From Cycas panzhihuaensis (lineage: Eukaryota; Plantae; Cycadophyta): DNA of 64,000 nt. The stretch spans positions 231,949,741 through 232,013,740 of the forward strand of contig CM041465.1 of assembly GCA_023213395.1 (NCBI GenBank). The letters are read 5' to 3'. Of this stretch, positions 39,962 through 53,500 are shown piece by piece. How positions within the stretch are numbered: the first letter of the stretch is position 1; every line of letters starts with the position of its first letter. Below the pieces are notes generated by a model that worked only from the letters and a program-made list of their open reading frames with translations, had not been told where the DNA came from and did not search any database. The position numbers and the translations under genes are program-made.

Positions 39962-42900
39962 TGTAACGTAACCCTATCTCCATAAGTAGAAGGAAGTATT
40001 ATCATGTGAAATCTGCCAAAGGGTTATGTGATCTTATGAATATTCTGTAGTACTCACTTATTAAGTGTATTACACATGTATTTAGCAAGTAGTTGTGCTT
40101 TTGTATTGTATATGCATTTAGCAAGTAGTTGTGCTCACTTATTTAGTAAGTACTTAGAATAGAGGTATGAGTTTATGTCCTACATACACTAGTAGAAAGT
40201 AATCCTTAGTAGTTGAAGTACTATATATACCCTCTTAGGTCTTCATTGTAATTCATTCTTAGTTCATATTACTCAAGAGAAAGAACTTTGGTTCTCTTTG
40301 ATGATCAATTGTCTCTTTTGGTTCTTTTTGGTGCTTATTATTTCTCTTATTTCTCTCTTTAGAGGCCTCTATTGTGGAATATATGTTATAAGTGGTCTTA
40401 GAGCCACATTTTAGAGCCAATTTTATGCAATTTTTTTTCCTAGCAATCTTTTGTACTTGCCTACTGTATGCTCTCACCTCACCCGCTCAGATCTTAATAA
40501 ATAGAAAGTAGTAAAAGTGGTGGGTTACTTTATTATGCAGGTGGAGGTTTTTAGCAAAGTTTAACACTTAGTCGAGATAATTTTATAATAAATTTTTCTT
40601 CTTCTTCTCTAAACAAAACATTATATTGTAGATCTAGATAAGGAGAAATCCATGTTTCCTTAACGTGGAAAGTTCTTAGGCATAAGCCCTAAAACTCACT
40701 GTGAGGAGTACCATGGGAATCCCAAAGTAGTTAGCGAGAGTGTTTACCAATGAAACAGGTAACAACCCCATCTTAATTAGATTTCCCTTCCTTAAGTGTA
40801 TACAAAAAGCTATCATTTCAAGATAAATCTATAGCTAGGGTTTTAGTAGTTATTTCTTTCAAGAAGTAATTATTATAATTCTAGAGAGGAGTACTCACTT
40901 AGACAGCATTTATAGCTAGTGAGATTGATTATAATCCCTTAAGAAGCCTTATAAAGGGGCTCGCTACCTATTTCACTCAATGTTATATTTGTGCTAAATA
41001 CTCACAGTAATCAGACTAGTATTAGCACATATTAAAATGGGTAATTAAAGGGGAAAAAAATATTTTAGTTGACCAAAAAAAAAGAAAAAGAAAAGAAAAG
41101 AAAGGCTTTTAGTCGTCTAAAAAAAAAAGAAGAAAATTCTTTTTTTGGCTCAATTGTCTATAGATGCCCCATTCCCCTCCCTTTCCCTCTCATCTTTTCA
41201 TCTCAATTTCTTAGAGCTCCCATTCTATCTTACTCATCCCTCTTCATAAATTTGTTTCTTCTAATTATTCCCCTCTTCTTTAAATACCTTCTACAATCAT
41301 CATGGCTCCAACTCAAGGTGATTGAATTTCACTCTTAGATAATCAATTTAGCACATTACAACCAGAAGTTAAGACAGAAGTATAAGAGGTAAAAGCTGAC
41401 ATGTTAAATCTAGCATGGCATATATTATATCCCATATGGCATAGATAACAACATAAATCACTTCAAATCAAAATCAGATGGCATAAATTTCTTCTCATCA
41501 AGCAAGTCTTGTACCACCACCACCACCATTGCCGCCCCTATGATAACAATAATCATTTCACCATAAAATCAATATTCTAACCTTTGATCCTGATCCGAAC
41601 AAGGAAAGCACTCATAGTTGGATAAGTAAATTAGAATCCTACTTCACCCTCAATCCAATGACCAAAGAGGATCAACTATTGTATACCTCTATCCACTTAG
41701 ATGGGAAAGTACATCACTTGTTTAATTGGTAGAAAAAAGAGTGCCCTTCAACCTAAATATGGGAGCACTTCACAAACTATTTTTTCGAGCAGTATGAGGA
41801 TACTTAGAGTCAATAATTCCTCACTCATATGACCAAGCTTAAGTAATCATCATCTATAGAGTCATTTATAGATGAATTCTAAGTATTATTTAATCTATGT
41901 TCACAAGGTTAAAATCTGGATAAGCAAACTTTGATTGACACTTATGTAGCAGGGCTCTAGGACTGTATTCTGATGTGTCTTATGACATTATCCTTGCCTC
42001 CTCTCAAGGAAGCTATTAGAATGGAAAAAGTAATAGATACAGAGTTCACAATTGAAATATCCATATACACTTGAAGAGATACCCCATAGTCCTCTCGACC
42101 TCGATAGATAGACTTCCAACAGCCCCATCCTCAATTTGATGATGTAGCTCACCCTCAAATAGACTTTCAATATCCTTGACCTCAACCTAATGACACATCT
42201 CATCCTCTAATAGATTAGCAAGTAGAAGGACCCTTAATGAAAAGAGTCCAAATCTCATAAGCCAAAGTATAATAATAGGTAGAGGCAAGCCTTTGTATAC
42301 AATGATCAAAAAAGCGGACTCTTAGGCATGGTCACATTTGTTTAGAGAAGCATATGGTATTTTCCATTAACCCCATAAATGACCCATTAAACTCTAATTC
42401 TGATGAAGTGGTTGATATAGGAATCTAGGCAAACCTCAATCCTAACCCCCAACTTGAAGTATTCCCTATCAGTCGTAGCCTCTACTGCTTATCCTAAACC
42501 CTTACGAGTTAGAGGCATTCTTCGAAAGACTCTAATGTTAATACTGATTAATGGTGGTGTGTCTTTGAACTTTATCGATATCTCATTAGCTAAGCAACTA
42601 AACCTATATATTATCCTAAAGACTGGCTTTACTTGCTTTCTACTAGAGTATCAGAAGCTCCATTATGTAGGTATTATAAAAAACCTACATGTCTAAATTG
42701 GCGCATACCTCCTAGTCTCTAATTTTTATATACTATTTATAGGAGGATTTAATGCTATATTGGAGATCCAATGGTTACAAACCTTAGGAACTTATAGTAT
42801 AAATAATTTACCCTCTAATCTATTCATAATGTTTAAAGATCATATAAGAAAAACACACAAACTCTATGGTATACAATCCCCTCCAAACTAACTTATCTTA

Positions 42901-45900
42901 CTAAGCCGCATGAGAAGACATCTTCAAACCAACCTTGGGTATATAATTCACCTAAATACCATCCAAATTAATCCCCTAATCCGCCCATGCATCCAATATG
43001 CTATTACAAAGTATGAGTAAGTATTTACTCCTCTCCCTTCCACCACCCCACCTGACTGTGGGTTTTACTATATAATCGAACTGAAATCTAACCATGACCT
43101 AATTAGCCTATGACCATATAGAAATTCCTACTTCCAGAAAAATGAAATTGAGAAAATCATGACTAAATTAATGGACATGGAAATAATCTAGCCTAGTAAA
43201 AGTCCATATGCAGTGCTAATTACCTTAGTTAGGAAAAAAGATGGCTCTTTTTGCCTTTGTGTGGATTATAGGGGGCTTAACAAGATTACTATTAAGAATA
43301 AGTTCCCCACTCCATAAATGGATGATATGTTTGATAAGATCTATGGAGTGTTAATCTTCTCTAAGCTAGACTTACAATCAAGATATTACTAGATCTTGAT
43401 AGCCCTAGAAGATTGTAATAAGATAGCTTTTAGAAACCACCACAACCACTTTGAGTTTCGAGTGATGCCTTTTGCCTTTTATAATGCACTGACCACCTTC
43501 TAAGCCCTCACGAATAAAATTTTTAGTCCTCACATTTAAAAATTTATCATCGTCTTCTTCAACGATATACTTATTTACAGTTCATGTTTAGACTATCACA
43601 TTTATCATTTGGAGACTATCCTCTAAATTCTACATCAACACCAATTATATGCCAAACTTTCTAGGTGAGAGTTTAGAAAAATTGAACTCCAATATTTGGG
43701 CCACATCATTTCTTGTAAAGGGGTATGTGTAGACCCTGATAAAATATCGGTCATCACTACCTAGTTAACACTGACCAATGTCATACAACTACGAGTATTT
43801 CTTGGTCTTATTGGATTCTATCATTATTTTTTTTGTAACTATGCTACATTAGTAACCCTGTTAATGAATTTGCTTTGTAAAAACTATTTTGAATGGTCTT
43901 AAGAGACTGAAGTCACCTTTTCCCACCTTAAGTTAGTGATGGCCTCTACCCTAGTACTAGTCACTCTTGATTTTACCTAACCTTTCTAGCTCAAATATGA
44001 TGCTTCAGGATTTGGCATAGGCATTATTCTTATGTAAGAGCATCAACCCATTACTTTCGAAAGTTGAAAACTAAAAGACCATGAACTTTGACTATCAACT
44101 TACCAAAAGGAAATGTAAGCAGCCTTATATGATATGGATAAGTGGCACTAATATCTTTTGGGATTAAAATTCACAATCCTTACTAACCATTGTAGTCTCC
44201 ATAATCTGATGGATCAATCGATCCTATTAGAAGAACAAACCAAATGAATGATAGCCTTTAGGTTTTTTAATTTAAGATATTTTATAAGAAAGTTAAAGAC
44301 AATGTGGTTGTGGATGTCCTCTCCTAACTTTCTCCTAATGCCAATGACACCAACCCCATCATTCATGTTATATCTAAGCCCCAACCCATTTGGCTTTATG
44401 AATTACATGTTGAAAACTAGGCTTAACCTAATTACTCCCTTTAAAAGGAAAAGGATTTAAACTAGAATGGATGGTCAGCACACTCAAACCATCTATTATT
44501 ATATAATCACATCTTTGTCCACCCATCCTCATCTTTCATTCCACACATTCTAATAGAGCATCACTCCACCCCTTTAAGGGGCTATTTAAGATTTGATAAA
44601 ACTTATCATCGTATTTATGCTGACTTATTTTGGCCCCATATGAAACATACTATCTTCACCTTTATGTCAAAATACAATACTTGTCAATAATATAAGGCAG
44701 ATAACAATGCCTTATTAGGACTACTCTATCCATTAGATATCCCTCGAGGAAAATAGTAGGGCATCACCATGGATTTTATTATTGGCTTACCTACATTAGC
44801 TAAGTTTAACTCAATTTGGGTAGTCATAGATAGACTAACCAAATATTCTCATTTTATTCCAATACACACATCTTATAAATCATCCTATCTTACCAACATT
44901 TATGTCCAATTCATTTTCTACCTTCATGGATTCCCTTCAACTATCATTTATGATAGGGACCCCAAGTTTACTAGCTCCTTTTAACAAGAGCTATTTAAGG
45001 CTGTGAGAACTTTATTTAATATGAGTATAGCTTACCATCCACAAATAGATGGTCATTCAGAGGCCTTGAACAAAACTTTAGAAACATAACTACATTGTTT
45101 TGCCTTTGACCACCAAACTAAATGGATATCCTGATTATCCCTAGTAGAATATTGGTATAACTCCTTACACCATTCAACTATTGGAATGTCCCCATTTTTG
45201 GTATTATATGGCTATCACACCCCTTTGTACCATACTTTAGTGACTGACTTTTAAAATGCCTCTACCCAATAAAAGCTTTAAGACATGGACCAAATCCTTC
45301 ATACCCTTAAGCAAAACTTAGCCAATGCAAAAAATTGTATGAAGTAACTCGCTGACTTCCACCAATCAGATCGGTTATTTGACATTAGAGATCTCATATT
45401 CCTTCATCTTCAACCATATAAATAATAATCCCTCAAAGCCCATCGAGGCCACAAGCTAAGGCCCCATTATTATGGTATGTATAAAGTCATAAAAAGGATT
45501 GGCAAAGTTGTATATACCCTTGAACTTCCCATAAACACTAATATCCATAATGTCTTCTATGTCTCATGCCTTAAAAAGTGTTTGGGTAAAAATATTATGC
45601 TCATCACCACCCTTCCCATTCTCTATAATAAACAAACTCTTATAGTTCCACCATACCAGATCCTTGCTAGCCATCAATGCCATCTTCAGAATCACATTAT
45701 TACTAAGTATTTAGTACAATAGGTCAGGTGTGATACAGATAAAGCAACTTGAGAATCTGACGAGTTTGTTAAGCAGCATCCCCACTTACAATGCTTTAAG
45801 GACTCAGTGTCTTAGAGGGAGGGACTTATAATGTAACCATGTCTCTATAAGTAAAAGGAAGCATTAGCATGTGGAATCTGCTAAAGGGTTATGTGATCTC

Positions 45901-46222
45901 ATGAATATTCTATAGTACTCATTTATTTAGTAAGTGTATTACATATGTATTTAGCAAGTAGTTGTGCTCACTTATTTAGTAAGTGTTTAGAATAGAGGTG
46001 TGAGTTTTTATATCGCATGCACTAGTGGGAAGTAAGCCTTAGTAATTGAAGCACTATATATACCCTCTCAGGTCTTCATTGTAATTCATTCTTGGTTCAT
46101 ATTACTTAAGAGAAAAAACTTTGATTCTCTTTGGTGATCAATTATCTCTTTGGTTCTCTTTAGTGCTTATTATTTCTCTTACTTCTCTCTTTAGAGGCCT
46201 CTATTATAGAAGATACATTATA
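39962..46222 (+). mobile_element. Full-length decayed gypsy chromovirus G5 (6.26 kb)
   Basis: LTRs 39962-40390 and 45827-46222; PBS TGGTCTTAGAGC 40393-40404; PPT AGAGGGAGGGA; gag-pol ~41302-45800 (FFNDILIYS, DRDPKFTS, chromodomain); TSD TTTAG/CTCAG. Confidence 0.93.
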
Positions 46223-49200
46223 CTCAGGTTAGGAGTACTATCATTATGATACAAATGTAAAAAAGAATCTAAGACTATATTATCTTTGCCTTTTTTATAT
46301 GATATTGTGAAGTCAAAGACCTGTAGGTGGTCAACCCACTTAGCCTACTCTTTTGATAAGACTAGTTGATCTAACAGATTGTGGAGGCTACGATGATTTA
46401 TGAGAATGGTAAATCTAGAGCCTAAGAGGTATTGTCTCTATTTATTAATAGTGTGAAGAATGGATTTCATCTCCTTCTAATAGGTAGAGAGGCAGAGCTC
46501 ATGATCTTTTAATTTTTAGCTCTCAAATATAATGGGGTGAGAGTCTTTTATGAGGATCACACCTAGGCTAAATTTAAAGGCATCACATTCAAGTTGGAAT
46601 GGCTGGCGGAAAGCAAGAGTGATGAGGACTAGGGTTGAGGTCATAACAACCTTGAGATAAGAAAAAATAATGTCAACTTCTAAGGATCATTACAAGGTAT
46701 CTTTATAAAGGAGATTGGTTAAGGGAGCAGTGAAGGAGGCATAGTTATACATAAAACAACAGTAAAATCTAGTGAGATTAAGGAATGCACGTAGTTTAGT
46801 AAGGGTGGTGGGTGTTGGCCAAGTCATGATAAATATTTTATTAGGGTCTACACATACTCCTTTTGGTGATATGATATGCTCCAAGTATTTGAGTTTAGAT
46901 TGCCTAAACTTATACTTAGATAATTTCATATAGAGTAGGTGGTTTTGTAATGTTTGAAGATTAATTTCTAGGTGTTGGATGTGGTGGTCTAAATAGACAC
47001 TATAAATGAGGATATCTTCAAAGAATATTATGACAAATTTTCAGAGATAAGGGCTAACAATTTTATTCATGAGAGCTTGGAAAGTTGTCAGGGCATTATA
47101 AAGGCTAAAGGGCATTATAAGAAATTCAAAATGGCCATGATATATCTAAAATACCATCTTATGATAATTTTCTAGCATAATTAGGATTTGGTAGTAACCA
47201 AACTAAAGGCCTGACTTAGAAAAAATAGTTGTGCCATGGATTTCATCTAGCATGTCATTTATACAAGGGGTGGGGAACTTATTTTTTATTAAAATTTTAT
47301 TTAGTTCCCTATAATCGACATAGAGATAGAAGGAATCATCCTTCTTCCTAACCAAAATAATTAGAGTTGCATAAGGGAATTTGCTTGGTTGGATTATGCC
47401 TATGTCCATGAGTTTAGTCACGAGTTTCTTAATTTCATTCTTGTGAAAGTATGAGTTATGGTAGGGTCTGAGGTTGATAGGGTTGTGATTAGATTAGAGG
47501 TCAATTATGTGATAGAAGCCATGATCAAGAGGGGTGATAACAAGTAAAGGGACAAACACTTATTTATATTAGGTAATAATATATGTGGTATGTGGGTGAA
47601 TTTGTGGTTTGATTTGGATATTATTGAGGAAAACTATGTATCCTAAGTGAGATTGAAGATGGTGTTTTATGTGTCTTGGTGAGACCACTTGGTTAGGAGG
47701 GGATTGCATCCTATAAATTTTATGATTTCAATCCATTTAGTCTTTAAAAGTGATGAATGGGTTATTAAGCAAGTTATTTATACTATAAGTCCTTAGGGTT
47801 TGCAACCATTAAATCTCCAAGATAACATTAAACCCTTTTATCAATAAGGGATAGAAATTTGACACCAAAGGATAGGTGTTGATTTAGACTTGGAGGCTTT
47901 TAATAACACTAGTATAATAGAGCTTTTGGTGCCCTAGTAGAGAATAGATGAAGCCAGTTTTTGATACTATATATAGATTAAGTTATTGGGCTATAGAGAT
48001 ATTAAGGAAGTCGAGTGACGCACCATTGTCAATTAGGATTAACATTGGAGTCTTACGAAGAATGCCTCAGATGCATAGGGGTTTGGGACAAGAGGTGGTG
48101 GTAACAGTGGATAAGGATACTTCGAGATGAGGGTTTGGGATAGGGTCATTATCTTTAGCCTTATATTCAAAGTTAGAGTCAAAGGATTTGTCAGGGGATA
48201 AGGATGGGTTAACGAAAAAAACCATGCATTATATCTTACAAAAATGGTCATGCCTGAAAGTTCACTTTTCTGCATACTACATATAAAGATAGACCTTTGG
48301 TCAATGTTATGCTTTAACTTGGAAATTTTAGACTCTTTTAGTAGATGAGTTTTCATTATACTAGTTGATAGATGAGCAGGTCGGATCATCATGTTGTAGT
48401 CTAAGATGTATGAAGTCAGATTAAGGATGAATAACATCATCAAATTGGGGCTGCAATCACTGAAAGTTTGACTATCGAGTATATGAAGACCAAGGGTTAT
48501 CCCAACGAGTAGCTAAGGGCATACCCACTATAAATTCAACCTTTACTGCTCAATCCCACTTGAATGATTTCTTAAGGGAGTAAATAGACATTGTCTTTAG
48601 TATGATCTGAATACGATCTTAGAGTCTAGCCATATAAATATTGATCATTATTTATTTGTCTAAGTTTTGTCTTTATAGAAAGCAATTATACAAAGCTTAG
48701 AATTTATCAATATAGGCCTCTATTATTGTAGTTTATTTTAGCCAAGTAAGTTGCATGAAGAAGGATTAACTCTATCATATTATTCGAAAAAATAGCTTAT
48801 GACCATGTCAGGTGGGAAGGATATTCTTGTTTCTACTAGTTGAACCAATGGTGGGTATCCATTTAGGTGGATAGAGGCATATAAGAGTTAATCTTCCTAT
48901 GACATCAAGTGGAGTGTAAAATATAATTCTAACTTGTAGATATAGATCCAAGTGCACTCTCTATTCACATCCAGATCAAATGTGGGAATATTGATCTTAT
49001 AGTAGATAAATAGCTACCTTAGTAGATAACCTTCTAAAGGTGCATTGCTTCCTTAAAAAGGAGAGAAGCATTATCCATCATATTAGAAGTCCTAGTGCTT
49101 TGAGACTGGGATTATAACATCTATTAGAGTAATGAAAGAACTTCTTATTTGATGGCCCCAATATTTAATTTTATAGGAAGGTTGTCAATTTTGTTATTAA

Positions 49201-49522
49201 CCATTATTTTAAAGTTTTGCAAGTCTAGGGCTAATTCAACAATTTTCTCTCCTTATATTATTAGTGCCATTAGATCTATAGAATGGGCTGAAAGGAACAG
49301 AAATAAGCAAGAAGAAGGGCAAATATACGAAGTGGGAAAGAGTAAGAGAGAATGGGATATAAAAACTAGGGAGTTGGTGTAGGGATAAAAAGGGGGCATA
49401 GAGGGGGATGTGGGGTGTCTATAGCTTGTTAACCCCAAAATTTATATAAACAAGACACCTAACCTACTTGAAAGAGTGTGAAAAACTTCTTCAAATAGGC
49501 ATATGAGATTTAAGGGTGAGTT

Positions 49523-50212
49523 AACAGGAGAATATTTGAAGGTAAGGAAATAGATAGGGTGGTCCTGGCAGAGGAAATCAGGAAGGGCATCACTGAAACG
49601 TTGTCTCCTCCCAAGGAGGATAACCTGGCTAAGGAGGAAGAAGGTATTTTGGAGAACTGTGGGGTGGGCCTCCCGTCTCGGGGTAGGGCGCGGAGACCTG
49701 TAATTAAGTGGTCTCCCCCGGACATCACCTGGGTCAAGATAAACTTTGATGGCGCTGCTAAAGGCAATCCTGGAGAGGCAGGAGGGGGAGGCCTTTGTAG
49801 GGACCACTTGGGGAAGTTAAGGTGGGCCTTTGCGGATTACCTTGGGATTCAAACGAACCAAAGAGCAGAGATCTGGGCTATGCAGAGGGCGGTAGCTCTT
49901 TTACGCGAGGAAGGCCCTCAGAAGGTAGTCATTGAAGGGGACTCCTTGTACGTGATAAGATGTTTAAGGGGGGAAGCGGACCCAGGTTGGTACAATGTAG
50001 ATATTGTCCGAGATGTGCAAGAGGTATTGGAGACAAATAGTGGAGTCCAGATTCAACACATTTACAGGGAAGGGAATGCGGTAGCTGATTGGCTGGCAAA
50101 TTGGGCTGTGGCAAACAAGAGTACTATGGTTTGGAAGGAGGAATTCCCGGTATAGTTACTGAGACTGGCGAGGAAAGATGCATATAACGGAGCGACTGAT
50201 AGTTTGATCTGA
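49523..50212 (+). pseudogene. L1 ORF2 C-terminal RNase H (RVT_3/RNase HI-like) domain
   Basis: WSPP..WVKINFDGAAKGNPG.AGGGG..RD, TNQRAE, IEGDS, HIYREGNAVAD.LA; frame open from the insertion point (NRRIFEGK); TAG at 50153-50155 is followed by LLRLARKD, so it is probably a premature stop. Confidence 0.92.
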
Positions 50213-50350
50213 GAGGGTTCTCTCTTATTCTGGGCTAGACCATGGGCTTGTCATGGTCAAACTGATATGTACTATTAGATGTGATGTAAAGGGTTTGGGG
50301 ACCTAGTCAAAACCCCTTCAATTTAATTTTACCTTATCAAAAAAAAAAAA
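49523..50350 (+). mobile_element. 5'-truncated L1-clade LINE (ORF2 3' end with RNase H), poly(A) tail and 17-bp TSD
   Basis: Perfect TSD AGATTTAAGGGTGAGTT at 49506-49522 and 50351-50367; ends CCTTATC-(A)n; more GC- and CpG-rich than the flanks. Confidence 0.96.
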
Positions 50351-50476
50351 AGATTTAAGGGTGAGTTTGAGGTGGTAGGGCCTACCAGTGACTAAGTATT
50401 AAAAAGCATAAAAATTATTTACAAGAAATAACCTAGTGCAAAATGGCCAACATAATGTACTAATCAAAATAAGGTA

Positions 50477-50598
50477 TATGAGTTGTAATAGTAGTTTTTT
50501 TCCTATGAACTTATAATGGTAGTTTTCTTTCTATGAAATTGTAATAGTAGTTTTTTTTTAATGAACTTGTAAGTGGAGTTTTTTTTTTTTTTTTTTTT
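50477..50598. repeat. Degenerate ~30-bp tandem repeat (about 4 units) ending in a T-run, in the G4 leader
   Basis: Units like ATGAACTTGTAATAGTAGTTTTTTTCCT. Confidence 0.8.
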
Positions 50599-53500
50599 AA
50601 CAAATCTAACTGTATTGGTAATTTTTGAATTCAGGTAGTATTATAGAAATTAATCTTTTTTTTCCTTTATATATTATATCTTGAGATCTCAATCAAGAAG
50701 TGCAGCATGTGAAACAGCGTGTAAGTAATCCAAGGTATCCTACCAACCACTAAACAAGGTATACCCAGTCTTGTAAGTCTGCCAATAAACTTCTGATGCA
50801 GAAGTTCAAGGCAAATAGCTTCATGGTACTAACTGTTAACCACTACACTACAGGACTTCAACAACCAATAATTTGCTTATGCTAGGAAGGATTTAGGACC
50901 TATAAGGGTCCTCCTATATAATTGAAGGTATGTGGAGGCATAATTTCATAGTCAGATTCTATCTATGGTTTGGTTTAAGAGTGTTATCTGTAGCCCTTTA
51001 TGTAAGAGATAGAAAGGCCATGATATGCTTAACTAAAATGATAGATTCTTATGATTTTTAAAGACCCCCACTATAGGATCTCTATTTAACTACTTTGGGT
51101 AGTCACTAAGCAAAGTCATCTACCTGAAAAAGAGTGGTAGGAGGGAGAAAGGATAATCATTAAGCAAAGTTATCTACCCTTAGACTGACAACCCAATATA
51201 GAAATTAAAATAAATGAATTGAACTATAAATGAACACAAGGCAAAATTAATATACTAAGCATTGCCTAAGAGAATAAATTACCCTTCCCTCATGACTCTT
51301 GAGTTGTATTAGTTCTATTTCTTAATCTCTGTGGAGAGAGTACTAAGAGAAGGTCTTTCCTCGATCTCTACTTAGGTAGAGAGAATACTTGATCTATCAG
51401 AGAGAAAAAAATTAATTTTTTTAGCCTATTGAATAGCCTTCCATGATCATGAATATGGCTCTGGTACTACTTGCAATATTTCCTTTTAGAAAATTAACCT
51501 TATAAATACAAATTAACAAAAAATAAAAGCCAAATATCACCCTAAAGAGAACAAAATATGCAAATAGATCACAAGTTCAAAATCAAAGGGAGTACCAAAG
51601 TACTTTCTCTTTAAAAGATAATAATCATCAACAACCCTTTACAAGTGACATTTGACCTTTTAAATAGATATGTGGGGGTCTTCTTACTTGTGATCCTATT
51701 GGTGGCCATAGCAACCTTACATCTTATTGGAAGGCTTAATGGCTTGTATACATATCTTAAGAACTAACATCAATCCTTAACGCTTTATTGGCTCCCATTT
51801 GTGGGTGTTTAGGAAAGGTGGGGTTACATTACAATTCTTTAATAAATTGATGAAGTTTCATATACACTTGAACTTCTTAACCATCCCAAAATCCATAACA
51901 TATTCTATGTATCATACCTCAAGAAGAACCTTAGCAACAACACAGCACCTCTATCTACCTGGCCAATTTTTTATGAAGAGTAACATCTTATTATTTTACC
52001 CAACCATCTTCTTACCAACTACCAACACTGTCTTCGAAATAGGATAATTTATAAGTACTTGATATAGTGGACCAGTTGCCAACTAGACAAAGCTATATGG
52101 GAATCCATCAAATTTATTAAATAATATCTTTATCCTCTTCTTAGATTCAAACACTTGACATCTTAGGGGAGAGGACCTGTTACATGGCCAGTAGTCACTA
52201 GGTAGAAATGGTTGAGTTAACACTTTACTAAGGAGACTTGGATGGTTAGTGTTCACCATTAACCTTTGTCTGTAGGCTGCTTATATCTACTAATAGAAAT
52301 TAAGGCTATTTTTCTTTCCAATTATATCTTATACAAAGGGGCCTCTCTTGCTTCTTTAAGGCCAAGTTATTATAAAGTGTTTATTGTTAAATCTTGCTAC
52401 TTTTTTGGAGGTTGTACTTTAGTACCCGCTTTTGGTGATCTTTTGTGCTCTCTTAGTGAACTTGTAAGCTCATCCTTATAAATCATCTTTCAAGTTGTAA
52501 TGAAGTATTATTATATTATCCAATATTTGTGTATTTGTGCTTAAGTTGGAGAATTATTAGAAAAAGCTCATCTAGACCATATATAATAAACATAGTTTTT
52601 CCTAATGGATTAGTCTAGTTATAAGAGGTTAACAAAATGAGACTGCCCACAGTGGTGAAAGATAATAGATTAAAACCTTATCACCACTAGATAGGGTGTT
52701 TCTAACAAGGATCAACTAAATATACACTACATGTTACTCGAGTTATAAACAACCAAAGCTACCTTAGCATTGGATTAAGGATCTTGTCTAAAGTAAAAAA
52801 TAAAAATTAATATAAATTAAATTAAATTAAAATTAAAAAAGTAGAAAATCATAACTCAAATCCTATAGTTAACTAAATTCACAAGAGATTTTATTAAAAT
52901 AACAAAAAGGATATAAAATAATGTGAAAAAATGCCTCTTTTAATAATCATTCATGAGGAATACACTATGCATTCCAAAAGGGAACATTAAGGAGAATGTA
53001 TCATTTAAAAGTCATAAAAGTTTAAATTTTAACAATGCATTCCACTACACATTCCTGTGGAGAATGTATTTGAGACCACAATGATTTTGAAAGGGAAATT
53101 AAACCCTATTTTCCTTGTTTCAATGAAGAGAAATTCTAGAGCACCCAATGAAGTGACAAGATAAAGATCGTATAAATATCAATAAGCATAGCATGAGAAA
53201 CTAGAGTTGTTCTAATTTTTTTTACATAGTAAGGTCTCAATGAACACATGATAGGTTGTTATTTCATAACATTATATTCCTTATATTTCTTTTTATTTAT
53301 ATTAGATTTATTTAGTATCTTTTCCACTAGGTCCACATAGCATACATGATGAAGTCAACAGGGTGTTAGGAGATTTATTTACCCAAGTTAAAAGAAAATT
53401 TTGAAGCATTACCAATAGTCTTCAAAGCTCATGTGAAATAAGCAGATTAATGAGAGTATATTCCCATGATACCACTATACTAGGATCTTGAAATCATGGA

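Larger units (their letters stand above)
38152..51833 (-). mobile_element. Gypsy chromovirus G4 (antisense), interrupted by G5 and an L1 fragment
   Basis: LTRs 38152-38492 and 51472-51833; PBS (minus) TAGTACCAGAGC 51458-51469; PPT (minus) next to 38492; integrase/chromodomain 38520-39961; RH-RT-PR-gag 46223-49200 (minus ORFs 46690-46929 and 47203-47421); decayed TSD GTTTT/ATTCT. Confidence 0.92.
32984..52574 (+). mobile_element. Gypsy chromovirus G3, interrupted by G4
   Basis: LTRs 32984-33367 and 52178-52574; perfect TSD GACCA; PBS TGGTATTAAAGC 33370-33381; PPT AGGGGAGAGG; gag-pol remnant ~34090-38151 resumes at 51834 (GPYKV|..SYTLEL). Confidence 0.93.

Noticed and set aside
49253-50114. 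Minus-strand ORFs overlapping the L1 fragment
   Set aside because: Shadow frames of the GC-richer RNase H coding strand
49559-50155. 198-aa RNase H ORF as a host RNase H gene
   Set aside because: The frame is open to the insertion edge, and poly(A) plus a 17-bp TSD show it is a truncated L1 ORF2
50477-50598. Short repeats as a CRISPR-like array
   Set aside because: Degenerate head-to-tail units with no unique spacers, in a retroelement leader of a eukaryotic genome
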